DNA of 58,895 nt, the filler included, from Diploschistes diacapsis (lineage: Eukaryota), in assembly GCA_023645945.1 (NCBI GenBank). It is 4 parts of 4 records of this genome, joined end to end, with 100 filler letters (N's around TTAATTAATTAA, not from the genome) between each part and the next. Parts side by side here need not be neighbours in the genome. Positions count along the whole stretch, not along the records: positions 44,260 to 58,895 come from JALAIB010000595.1; 3 more parts are not named here. One strand, written 5' to 3'. The translations under genes and the position numbers were made by a program. The notes beneath the pieces were generated by a model. That model was not told the DNA's origin, made no database searches, and saw only the letters and a list, made by a program, of their open reading frames with translations. Position 1 is the first letter of the stretch, and every line of letters begins with the position of its first letter. Of the stretch, positions 48,401-58,895 are shown piece after piece.

Positions 48401-48770
48401 TGTGTATCTCTTGCTGCCAGAATGGCCTGGGATGCTGCTCATTGTGTCCTAATTGGTGATACTGCTGCGCCCAGGGCCTGTCGTATTGTGGGGCTTGAAG
48501 ATCACTCTGTCCTGCATGTACCTGAGATGAACCAGGACGACGCTGAAGAACCTCATTCCTGGGCTCGTGTCTCAATTGGCGGTCTTCTTGCATCCAGGGC
48601 CCACCATTTTGTAAAGCCCAATAATCTCTAGGGCCTGAATGTACACCAGATGAACCAGGATAATTCGGAGCTGCCTCATTCCTGGGCTCTGAGTGCCGTC
48701 GGTTCGGCAAAGAGAAATTTTGGGGCCTAGTGGTGAGACGAGACACTTTATTTCTGGAGCCCGGTGGCAT
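45429..48770 (-). CDS. Large disordered protein with two RanBP2-type zinc fingers
   Basis: >1100-codon ORF with W.C..C...N......C..C twice (WGCVRCGFRNYVRYQKCLAC, WCCTDCNWPNAKARDDCQRCG). Start uncertain. Confidence 0.75.
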   Translation of the reverse strand: MPPGSRNKVSRLTTRPQNFSLPNRRHSEPRNEAAPNYPGSSGVHSGPRDYWALQNGGPWMQEDRQLRHEPRNEVLQRRPGSSQVHAGQSDLQAPQYDRPWAQQYHQLGHNEQHPRPFWQQEIHIPANPGFSTSQPINYADGPYSIRPVMNPLNGTLRPMNNLALNQSHSEASNFGSQLPPGWTDHDLNYPRFSNQILPPTSSCAVAYGSGFEVPNALDQNTALGSNPQWHSHPYHVPRGRLLQSDSHGNLLKSGHHGYNTLPGHLPDRTAKPIVSSKEAFISEKPHRISVTCPPGLNKSLNSWGCVRCGFRNYVRYQKCLACPYPDDGAIGEWCCTDCNWPNAKARDDCQRCGTLRMQFFGPYGTRFSYSRDPQSVLVPDHIAKQRGYVSPELQDQPVGSPSRDLFPRSSSARSVHSMRERSQNASIGESAAKPSRRSSSGRRRRNTRRQERASKKRHSFPPDYSPCDTTASRQSTPNHDDALSEIEAVNYPGIAEQLPSTQVGYRIFQNSAEKPYNQTYRIPSRSQDARIAGFSDQGEERRARSLSFENEFTEGEKNLLVRVMHEEALAKRPDSKLFENTDINVLRAMLLLVLAEKGLCESPNGRSFGNLSKKTPDRPFDDYGKRNGEVGAPESSDLPGCTSGSPTNQQNDVKSKPIWVQKANANESWASLSDSQLKQVSSATNLKELVPLLTDEEIKKIFEAWYLKKKEESRRSSLDRPKTLTHDHNPSSHHWQTLEGRTDKEILELAIASFRPSWKRELMVHRGFASLAHGHRRWGPSSQRNSRNDDEHEAQPHATSTQEAERCTVQRPLPREDELAALWKDESDTEKRRISEESKSQTSQTSCEDHNAEVNITQNSAPRNKPSGEPMGQEAGLRARTSTPGTVAELAIDKSSNRDHSISPAGKLLGTDRKEQAVKSLPLDLDHTVHQKEEDESEVASLGSNEPKPPTPLPLPATGSRRPIETENKAQVTNARPGLSRTLPVRGRGQFALQRALDSHPPARSRGRFALQRPFASHLPNTQGMPQNMHRRQGDDLTNRKTGHFDTNKESTPKGTESHGDPSSSSTPNAGGQSHLAARGPGSYEEEYPSLETMARAPKPSKTSIRRRGHTEG

Positions 48771-49503
48771 GATTTGACTAAGGAATATAGTTGCTTCTTG
48801 GAATCGATGATTATATACAAGCTCGTGCTTGTCTCTGTCAAACAATCTTTCCGCTGACCGTGACGTGTAGGGCAACACTATCCAAGATGGGCCTTGACGT
48901 ATGCCCTCAGCAAGTCGCGCTTCTTATACCGACCGTTGCTCCTTTTTGCATAAGATATCTTCCGTGCTTCACTTCTGATGTTGATGATAGTAGAGATCTG
49001 CTTGGGTTTTCCTCGTTTTTTAATTCGCCGATGGCGTCCTTGCAAGTGAGCAGCTAGTAGCTTTGGGTTTGTTGTCAATTACGAGCTTGACTTACCGTCT
49101 GGCTGTGTTATGACTTCAACCCTTGTGGAAAGAACACAGATCTGAAGGAGGACACTTTCATAACCCGGATGGGGCGCGCAGTGAAGTTCAGAAGATATCC
49201 AATGCCCAGAACATATCCGGCTGCTGATAAACTATACGATATTTCAAAGCGTCTTATTCGATACACGATAGTTTATAGTGCATTGTAGGGTGCAACAAGC
49301 TAATTAATGCTTCGTGTCCAAGGAGAGTGAGTTGCCTAGGAGGCTGAAGTTGGATTACCCTTTTAGGAAGGATCTTAAGAGAGCCTAGAATATAGAAGGA
49401 GCAGATGGCACATGTGCAGTCGCTTTGTTAATTCCCAAATTCTTGAAAAGATCCTCGTTCTTGGGAAATGGTACGCTGAAGTCAATCAGCGCTCCTAAGG
49501 GTT

Positions 49504-52500
49504 CTATTGGCGATACTTCTCATGGTTTGAGAGTAGAGTTGCTATCCTTCGACTCCATAAAGGATGGATGAATCTCTCCATGTCTTGGCTCTGCATGCTT
49601 GCCAACGATCGCCGGATAGCATTTGTTTTCGTCGGGTTGTTTAGATTGGTACTCCAGCCCAGAACGACTTCTGCGGCTGACAGGATGCGCATCGCGATGC
49701 AAAACACCTCTGGCTTCGATGCCCACCCCAATGGCCTACCTGCTTCCTGTCTGGCAGTGTTCTCCAGGAGTTCCAATCCATCTGTTGTCCACTGCTGTAG
49801 TGGCGCAAGGTCTAAGGCGGTGATTGTTTTTGTTTGCGCACCGCAAATTAATTTGCACCATCTCTCTGATTCCTGAGCATCATCTTTGAAGAGGTTCTGC
49901 TTTTCCTCCATGAAGAGCGAGGTGTCTTCGTGGCTGGCCGTATCTAAAAAGTGTGATATAGGCGCCAGGTGAGAATAGAAACCACTTTCTTGGTCTTTGG
50001 TTGGAAGGTCTAACAGGTAAATTTGTAAACCCAGAGGCATTCCCACCAGTCGAGCAAGAGCCTGCACAAGCAATGCTTGTAGATTAACAGAGCCACCCAG
50101 TAAATGCTCCATAAATCGATCAATAGCTGCCGCTGGTGTTAAGGACAATTGCATGGCCCGTGGTGAATTTGGTTCAACGTTTGACAAATGATGCGAAACA
50201 ATCTCTGCTGCTTTGTCACGTATCTCGGCATCATCGTCAAGAAGCGCATCGTAAACTGCACTATAAATATGCAGTAGCTGAACACGCCCCGAGGTCCTAC
50301 TTAAGAGTCTAGTCAAAGCCTTGTGGAAGGACTCGATGGAACGGATTGCTGCGAACCTGGTGGGGAAATCCTTTTTCACTTGTTAGAACGCTACTTCATT
50401 TATAGAAAGTGAACTCCTACCGAAGCCTCATTAAGCCACAAACGGAGTTGCTTGATCCAGCAAAATAGGAATCGGTCAAGCTCAACGCTACCGCCATGAT
50501 CGGAGAAGCAGAGCAGGGCGAGGACGCTACCGCTGGCCCGGAGCGCAACTTGTGCAGCAACGGGATTTTTGGGTGCAACGAAATTTGGTGTCGCCAATAC
50601 TTCCATACATGTTCGAAAGACCTCTTGCCTTACAACTGGATCTTGTTCTGGACAAGAGGCGACTTCGGTTGATATGCTATTGATTGCGCAGGCGAAACCC
50701 TCCAAGCTTTCACCATCACGTAATTCCAAGCGAGCAACCTTAAAATATTCGTGCATTAGGTAGAGTAAGTCCCGGATACCCTTGGACTGCCAGCGGAGGT
50801 AGAATGTTTCGAGATACGCCTGCGGCATATACGCCTTCAACATCTCTATCGCATCATGGTCACCCTTACTTGGCAAGGAATCAGATAGTGTGTTAGAATT
50901 GAGTATATCAAAAGCCACCAGAAAGCGGGCTAAAGCATGATTGAACTTGCTGCTTTGATGTCGCTGTAATTTGTTATTCCAGTTACAGTCAAGGAAGTGG
51001 CCATCGAGGACGGTTCGTGAAGCCCGCAAATCTTCAGATATCTGACTTTGGGGGTTTTTCGTGACTCCTTGATTGAGGCTCGGATTTATTCCTATGTTAG
51101 TTCGGATAGAACTGTTCTCCCTATCGTTTATAGCATAGAGCAAGATAGTAGCTGATTCGAGATACGTGCATGTTGAGTATTGGCACGAGTTTTGCCATAC
51201 GATGGTATCAAATAACCGCAACATCTTAAGGAGATCTACCAACAGAGTACCTGGAGTCGAAATCAGAACTCCCCTTAGCGAAAATTAGTTGGCTGGCATA
51301 CCGGGTTTGCTGCTTGATTTCCTTTCATAGATGAACTTAAGACAGAGCAACCTTCCGTGTAATAGGTTCTGTATGACTGGAGAGTTGTTGAGGGATTTCT
51401 CAATTTCAGAGATCAAGCGTTGGCCATCAATGAAGTAGCTCAAAGTCCTTGCAGCCTTTTCTCTCAATATCCAGACAGAATTCCCTAGTTGATGAGATAA
51501 GAGGGCCTGCACCGTTTCGAGCCTACTCTGCTTGACCCCTATACGGTTTATGATCTCCATCGCAGGAAAAGCGTTATGAACTTGACGGAACATCTGATCA
51601 GTAAAGGATTCATCAACACGCCAAAAGGAGCTTTCCCGCAACAGGCTTTCGACAAGATCAGCTAATTGAGGGTATTTATTGTACGTCGCTTTGGAAAAAC
51701 GCTTGTAGTCCTCTGCCATTCTCGACGGCAACGTGCTTGTTCCACTACTTAAGCGACTGAGGAGAGCCTTGAAAAGCATTTCTCCACAATTCCTAAGAGC
51801 CCATCTAATGATGGATCAGTGCGATGATCCCGGAGGACGGTCATGTTGCTCACACGTTGTGATTTAAATATCTCACCGCTATTGTGAGCGTTTCCTCTAC
51901 GTGTACCTCAGTTGCCGGTCCCAGGCGAGTATTGTTGAAGATTTCCTTGAGACAATTCAACGCGTGGACCTGAGGCAGGCGTAGATGCTTCTGATTTCCT
52001 TTTTGTACCGGCTGCTGTGCCGTTTGTTGAAGTTCGCGGACAACGTTATCAAAGAAGTCGCCGCTAGGATGAGCGGCCAAAATGCTTGTGATCATTGCAG
52101 GTAACCCGGCAGACCTCCGAGTTAAAGCTGAGGCCTGCTCTTGTATGCACAGCAATGTCTCCTACTCACCATTAGAGAGAGGCACTTACAAAGCGGAAAC
52201 TAACCTTGTACCATCCTTTTGGAAGTTCAGCAACGGCAGTATTAAGTGACGATACGCATCTTATGCAACACGATGCAAAGGTTTGTGCGACAGTAGAGAA
52301 CGCACCACGGTGCCGTAGTTCAGCTAGCTGAATAAAACTCAGGTCACCAATTCGCTTATAATCTTCAAGTTGGAGACCTCCACCATTGAGCGCTGCCCCG
52401 TAATTGGGGTTTGAAATAGCCGCCTGCATCAGAGAGCTATAAAATCAGTATTCTCGCATACACAAATACTTTGCTATAGTGTACCTTGCTTCTTTTAGAG

Positions 52501-54749
52501 CTCTCCACGAGAATGACAAAGTATCTTTCACTCCAATTTCAAGCTCCTTTTCCTCTTCGTCATCTTGTCCTTCGGGAGAATCGATGGATAAGATTGGCTT
52601 AACGATGGTCCAAACCTGCGAGCAAGAAGAGACAAGCCGGTCATGGAAAGCTCGCCAGGCTTGCCGTGAGTTGACTTCATCAAGGCACCAAGAGATTTTA
52701 TGGAAGTAGGGGTTGCTAACGAGATACCTAGAGTTCAGGTTTAGCTGTGTTTTCAATATATGGTCAAACGCAGTGAACAGACCTTAATGAGATTAAACGC
52801 GCATGTAATGGTGCTTGCGCAACGGCGCGTGCCAAATCAGTCGAGGCTATGTGGATATCTTGCTCTAGCTGATTTAGTACTGAAAGAGCCTCGTTTCCTT
52901 GTACAAACTCTCCCTCAGCGTTGGGAAAAAGCTGGCCGAATAGTAGCTCGTGAAGTCTTCCAAGACCATCACCAATATCCGCTCGACCGGTGTTACGCAA
53001 CATTTCGTCAGCCCGAGAGAGAATGCTGTGATCCTTCCCACGGCTCTGAGTATACAATTTGAAGAACTCGACAAAGCGAGGTCTTGGAAAGCTTTTGAGG
53101 AGTGAAGCTGCAGAACTACGTACATCCTCGAAGGCGTTCATGACCAGATCAACTAGGATGTAGAAGGTACTGTCGTTAAAGACATCACACTGTATGCGTA
53201 AGCTAATGATATGCAAGGGAGACCTTTATCATACTCGGGACGCTGAAAGTAGTTCTGTCTTCAGCATTAAATGCAGAATTTTCAAGCTTGTAATATGACG
53301 CTGGTAAGAAGCAGTGGGTTGCAGCTCACTGCACGAAAATTGCGCAAGCCAGTCAACGAATTCGAGGTGGCTAGCTAGAGATGCTTCTACCTCCACAGTG
53401 ACTGACCACATTTTGTCGTTCATGCTAGGTGCATTGGTTTTGTTTTTATGCAGTCTTCGTAGTTTCAGGATAGTGTTCCGTAGTCTTAAGCATAAGCGCT
53501 TCATAGTAGATACAAACTCGCTTCTCGCCCTGGCATCATCTTCAGAGAAATGTACAGGGAGCACTCTCCGTAATGTGGTGAGAACTTCCACAGGGAACGG
53601 ATTGACGGTAGTCTTCGAGTGCACGAGCAAAGAAATTGCGGCATTGCGAACTGCCCACGACTGGTGGAAGACGCATGCTGCTGCCACTTTTTCCTTCAGG
53701 GAGTGCTTTGTAGTAATAATGGATGATGTAGACGCTTGGGCAACGCTTTCCTCAGCAAGCTTCCCTGGTCCAGAGAGCTGCGTGGCCTCACTTGCATCCA
53801 GTTTGAGGTCATTGTCGGCGGTGACCTTGGTAATAAGCAGACTGAAACGAATGTCCCTTTCAGATACCAACCCGACATTGCCATTGAGCAAGTCTTTGAG
53901 GGGTAGACTTTCAAGGAATTCGACAGTAGCGACGGGATCAATACAAAGTAAATGAGGCAAGATATATGTCTCAGCAGTTTGGAGCGTGGAATCACTTTCA
54001 AGCGCGAACTCTAAAGTGGGAGCCACCCATACTGGTGAGCATGAATCCAGGGCTTTCGCAGGGGGTTTAGAATCCGTTAAATGCAAAGAAAGACAAAAGG
54101 AGCCGAGAAGCCTACCAGCTACCGGAGAAACATCAGCATGACGAGCCCACCGAAGGATACTGCGAATAAAGTCTTGGACACCGTTTCCTTCGGAGGTGGA
54201 GCCTTTTCTTTCCGTCCGACTGCTAGACGTACTGCTTAACGAGAAGAACGAGGCTAAAGTCAGGGGATGGACTTTTGTTTTGGAAATAAGGACATCTAAC
54301 ATCATCATTGATGGCTTAACGCAGGAAAGATCATCGTCCGAACGGATGTATGAGAGAGCTCTGAACGTAGCTACTTCAGCCAATGCTAAAGATTGGTCAA
54401 CACCAATGCCTTGTGTGTCTTTAATATCTCGAGACAGAAGCTTCATAAGCGTACTCAATACTTGCTTCATCGGCTTCGCAGGAGGATCCTGGAGCTTCTC
54501 AAGGTAGAGGGCTAGCAGTCGATCCCAATTCACACGGCTCTGGCACAGTTTCTGCAACTCCGGCGCGGAAGAGGAGCATCCCTGGTCCAGAAACCCGCAC
54601 AGAGCATTACAAGCGGCCACTCTATGCTTTACGGAGAGCTGAGGCTGTTCTGCTGTGACGAAGAGATTCTCAACCATGGTATGTAGCCTTTCACACTGAT
54701 CAGAGCAATCCACCTTCAAAGCTTCATATATCCTACCCTTTGGATTCAT
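49504..54749 (-). CDS. TRM732: THADA/Trm732 (DUF2428) tRNA 2'-O-methylation cofactor
   Basis: ELQPTASYQRHITSLK, LSIDSPEG, SFSWRALKEA, QLAELRHRGAFS, LTRRSAGLP, QVHALNCLK, WALRNCG, LLDDDAEIR across seven exons. Confidence 0.93.
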
Positions 54750-55246
54750 TATCGGAGAGCCGCTTTTTCCCCTTTGGGATAATGGAAGAAAAGCTCCTTC
54801 CCAGTGCCCGGAGCCCTTGTTCGTCTAAGAGGGACATGCTAGCGGCTAAAGCTCTGGTTTATCGAAGTCATCTGTTGTAATATATACTTTCACTTCATAA
54901 ATCTGGGCCGTGATGGAAACAATCGCAGAAAGAAAGGTGACATCTCGCTCTCGCCAAGCACACCAAGTGCAGGGTCTCTAGTGTGAAAAGCTTTGAAATT
55001 CTTTGCGTTGGGTCCGACTCAGAGAGTATGTGCTCAAGGCAAAGTGTTCTGTTGTTCGCTGAGATATAGCAGCACGGGTATAGTTTCTCAACCTAGTTGG
55101 AAAACGAAGTCGGCCATTCGTTAATCCGCTCCGACACTACTTTATTTTTTTAATCCGCCCAAAGCGCCATTCTTGATCTATAGCTTTCAGTTCAAACCCA
55201 GTCGCCTCTCTCAGCTCCACGATCCTCAAGCTCTGGGACGAGCAGA

Positions 55247-55975
55247 ATGACTCTCTGGCACACCATATTTGGGGGACAGTCTCAGTCTTCTTCCTCCAAC
55301 TCTTCCCTACCATCCTCTAGTTCCGAAAATATCAGAGACGCAGCATCCGGCACATCCTTTGAGCCCTCCAGTTTTCAAGCGCAAGATGTTTCCTCGTTAT
55401 TAAGCGGCGTCTCAGTGCCAGATCCGACCGCATTGCACCCTCTCGCTGGCCTCGATCAGTCTAGCCTTGACTATCTCACCCTCGATGAGTCCGTTCTCTC
55501 CGACTTACCTGGCGCACACTCTGGCTTGCCGTCTAGAGGCTGGTCAGACGATCTTTGCTACGGCACTGGAATCACATATGTATCTGCATTATCATTAGGG
55601 GGAGCATGGGGACTGGCAGAGGGTTTGAGCAAGACACCTGTGTCGGCGCCGCCGAAGCTACGGCTCAACTCAGTTCTTAATTCCATTACGCGGCGCGGGC
55701 CATTCCTGGGCAACTCAGCCGGTGTTGTTGCGCTTATTTACAATCTAATGAACTCGACGATTGGACACTATCGGGGCAAGCACGATGCCGTCAATAGCGT
55801 TTTGGCAGGCGCTCTTTCCGGAATGCTATTTAAGAGCACGAGAGGAGTGCGGCCAATGATGATCTCTGGGGCAATCGTTTCTGTGGCTGCAGGTACATGG
55901 ACAGTAAGCATAGCGCGCGAACTGAGAGCTTCGTGACTAATGTGCACGTAGTTGGCCAAGAAGGTCTTGGTTTGA
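55247..55975 (+). CDS. TIM23: Mitochondrial inner membrane translocase subunit Tim23
   Basis: LHPLAGL, LPSRGWSDDLCYGTG, KLRLNSVLNSITRRGPFLGNSAG, RGKHD, LFKSTRG. Intron 55904-55951. Confidence 0.97.
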
Positions 55976-56328
55976 GACTACAGGCCACCATACACTCTTA
56001 ATACTGCATGATTTGCTACTCAGCGAAGGAAGGATAGCATTTGTTGCCCAGGAGTTAGGGGAACTATCACATTTGGTAAGACGTATGGTTATAGGCTCAG
56101 GAAGGTTCACTCAGCAGGCTCTTCGCTCTTGCACGCTTGGTAAAGGTCAACACGAACTGTATCATTATTGTACTGGACAAGCACTAAAGACATTGATCAA
56201 GCTATATTCACATTCACCACGCTGTATTTCACATTCACCAAGCTATATTCGCATTTGCTAGTTTTTGGTATATTCTTGTTTCTCTTTCATTGAATTTGCG
56301 CATCATGGCCTCACAAACTGCCGATTCA

Positions 56329-56500
56329 TGCTCTCCTCCGACTCTGAAAGGCTCAATTTCTGGCCCAAGCTCGCCTTGGAATTCAGACGGCTCTTGTCCT
56401 GGCCTATGCTCTCGCCCTAAAATAAATGGCTTCTCTCCTGGCCCTTGCTCTCCCTCAACTCTAAAAGACTCACCTCCAGCCCCAAGCCCTTCTCCAACTG
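56329..56500. repeat. 39-bp degenerate minisatellite, ~4.4 copies
   Basis: Units start at 56329, 56368, 56407, 56446, 56485 (WGCTCTCC..ACTCT.AA.GGCTC..CTGGCCC). Confidence 0.75.
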
Positions 56501-56592
56501 AGCTCGTTTTAGGATTTGTGGCTCTAGAGCTAGAATTAGGAGAAGGTCTAAGCAACACTACTTCCTTGCTTACTACACATCTACTCGATCAG

Positions 56593-57775
56593 ATGTCGAG
56601 CCCCCCAACCGCTGAAGATTTTGTGGAATGGTCAAAAAGATGGGCCAAGGAGCTTGCACTCGTTGCCTTCCCTCTTCACGACGATTCGGACTGGTTTGAT
56701 CCCTCTATATTCAGTTTGCGCACAGATTTTAATGGCAATGCGCCCTACGCGGAGTCTCCAGACCTTACTGCCGCCACTTTTTGGGCTAAACAAGTCGAGT
56801 TGCGCAAAGCGGAAGCAGATCGCGTACGCCTTCTTCAATTTCATCCGGAAACTCGGAAACAGGCAAATGCTTTAGGCGATGCTATGTTGCGCGATGCTGG
56901 CGTGAGCGAGGAGGTCATAGCAATGTTCAAGCAGGTTTTACCCTATAAAATGGCGCATTTACACAAGATTAGGTATCCCCAACCGGGACCTGAAACTATT
57001 TTCTTCTGGGTCTCGAAGGAGAAACTGGACTTCCTCACACGCGATGATGACTACGAGCAAATGGTGCTAGTAGAGTTCAACATCCTCGCAGATTGGTCCG
57101 ATGTCAAGGAGAAAATCGAAAATTACTGCGAGCCCCTTGGCGGCGATGATGACAAGCAGTGGCCAAGGCGCTGGGAATACATGTTGATTATTCAATCCAA
57201 GTATGAAATGAACGGGGCCTCCCCCAGCGATGGCGCTCTAGAGAAACCGGACGATTACTACAAAATGATTGACACTATTCGAGACCCGAACATACCCTAC
57301 ACATCGGCCATTGTCTTCCAGGTAAGTGAGTCCGAAGCAACTAATCTAGAGAGTTTTTAATGGATTCAAGGCCCCTCGGGTAGATCCAAGAACATGGCCA
57401 GTTGCTCTTATACTGGCCGGTGCGCCTATTCCCATGTTCAAACAAGATAATGGCGTCGATTTGGGGCCGGTGGACGAGCATGGTACGCCCTACTTCGACC
57501 CAGTCACTTTCGAAGCTATCGACCGCGCTGTGACCGAAACAATAGCCGAGAACCAGCATCTTTTGACGACAACAGAGGATCAGGAAGCGTTAGTCCCAAC
57601 TGGGCAGCAGAAACCTCCTGATGATGAGTATCCGCTCCAGATTCTGGCGTGGTTGAAAGGTGAGGATTTTAATGACGAGCCATTTGAGTTTCCCGAGATC
57701 CCGAGTCCAAGACATAGGCAGAATATCAAAACGCTATGGGGGAGCAGAAAGCCGGAAAAGAGATTTTGGGATTGA
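56593..57775 (+). CDS. Hypothetical protein
   Basis: Two ORFs joined in frame by an intron 57322-57370 (GTAAGT..AAG). Alternative upstream start at 56305. Confidence 0.6.
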
Positions 57776-58426
57776 TAGCGACCGTGTATAGCCGAGTCTC
57801 AAGCTGGGTGAAAAAGGGCACTTGCAGTAAAGACAAGAACACTGTATTGAACAAGCTAGGCTGCCAAAGCGCCTTCGAATATTCTGTTGGTTAGTGTTCT
57901 TTTTGGGCTACTGGGCATGTAAAGCCAGGCTTCTGCTCGGGATAGATTGCAATTGCATGCTTTTTCACCATTATATTTAATACAATTCTGAGCAACCTCA
58001 CTCCTGACGTGAAGTATATCATGTACCCGCCTGTATCTAGGGCGCTTGATGCACCTACATACACCCTCTGCCGCCTTTCACAAGCTCTAGAGACCAGATA
58101 AAGTTATAGTGATGGGTATTTCCTGATTGGGCAATATCGTCTACCGCATGCCGCAGAACACGAGCCACCCTGAGCCACACTCATTCGCCACTGCACCACC
58201 TGCCGCGAGGCACTTTCTCAGGCAAACTTGAGCTTTCGGCTTTGAACCAACTGCCTACAAAATTCTTATTTGACGGCCAGAGCTACGCCTTTAAAAAGTA
58301 GTGTGCGGCTGAGTATATTTCTATTCAGTTAAATCTAATATACACTTTGCGCGTGTGAGCTTCGGATGCTTGATCGCACCTCCCTCCCTCAACCGTTACG
58401 TATACGATAATTCAACTAGCAAAGCC

Positions 58427-58895
58427 ATGTCATACCCACCGTACCAAGGCAATTCGGCCTACGGCGGCGGCGGCGGCAGCAGCTGTAAGCAAACATCGCG
58501 CATGCGACATGGACTTCCTCACTAATTCTCTTTACAGATCCACCCCCACAACAGGGAGGCTATGGCCCACCCCAGGGCCAATATCCCCAACCAGGTTATC
58601 CACACCAGCAACAAGCCTACGGGCAGCAGCCGCCGCATCATCAGCACTACCCACAGCAACATCACCAGTACCCTCCTCAGCAGCAGAGCAACTACCCACC
58701 GCAACAAGGATACGGCCCTCCTCCGCCAGGCCAATATCCTAATCAACAGTACGGCCCACCACAAGGCCAGTATCCCCCACAACAACAAGGCTCCTACGCA
58801 CCGCAAGGCCAATACGCAGCTCCACAAAACCAATACGGCGGCGGCGCCAGCGGAAGCTGGGGCCAAGCCCCTCCCGAACCCCCGACCCCCGGCTA
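58427..58895 (+). CDS. Probable annexin, P/Q/G/Y-rich N-terminal region only
   Basis: MSYPPYQG.., intron ~58485-58537, YPPQ/GQY repeats ending PPEPPTPGY as seen just before the core of fungal annexins. Frameshift at ~58570. The core lies outside the window. Confidence 0.55.

Noticed and set aside
57322..57349. Apparent 28-nt micro-intron (GTAAGT..CTAAT.TAG)
   Set aside because: A normal-sized in-frame acceptor at 57370 (49 nt) explains the junction.
434..58866. Many antisense and alternate-frame ORFs in the supplied track
   Set aside because: They are shadows of GC-rich real genes with no independent motifs.

Overview
Intron-rich genomic DNA of a filamentous ascomycete (Pezizomycotina-type genes, GT..CTRAY..AG introns). 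The window is not one locus. It is four contigs (14667, 14648, 14644 and 14636 bp, in descending length) joined by artificial 100-bp N44-TTAATTAATTAA-N44 spacers, so synteny across the gaps should not be trusted. Contig 1: NAD(P)H-binding oxidoreductase, Zn2Cys6 TF, a decayed repeat-bearing tract, CSC1/OSCA channel, COA2-like protein, PP4 catalytic subunit. Contig 2: truncated P450, GST, PTH11-like receptor, pogo/Fot1-type MITE, orphan protein, KRE9, RPL43. Contig 3: truncated GH76, small TM protein, a ~6 kb decayed tract with a Tc1-type hairpin MITE and a degenerate ~53-bp array, intron-containing tRNA-Leu(CAG), PUT1, possible NB-ARC relic, truncated secreted protein. Contig 4: RanBP2-ZnF protein, TRM732/THADA, TIM23, a hypothetical protein and an annexin N-terminus. 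Several single-base frameshifts at G/C runs are probably sequencing errors. The best signals not in the ORF track are a ~110-bp TG..CA element present in two contigs, each copy with its own 4-bp target-site duplication; two MITEs; the ~53-bp array; and an in-frame terminal intron in PP4 that could mask its YFL C-terminus. I found no convincing evidence of a new multi-gene system.
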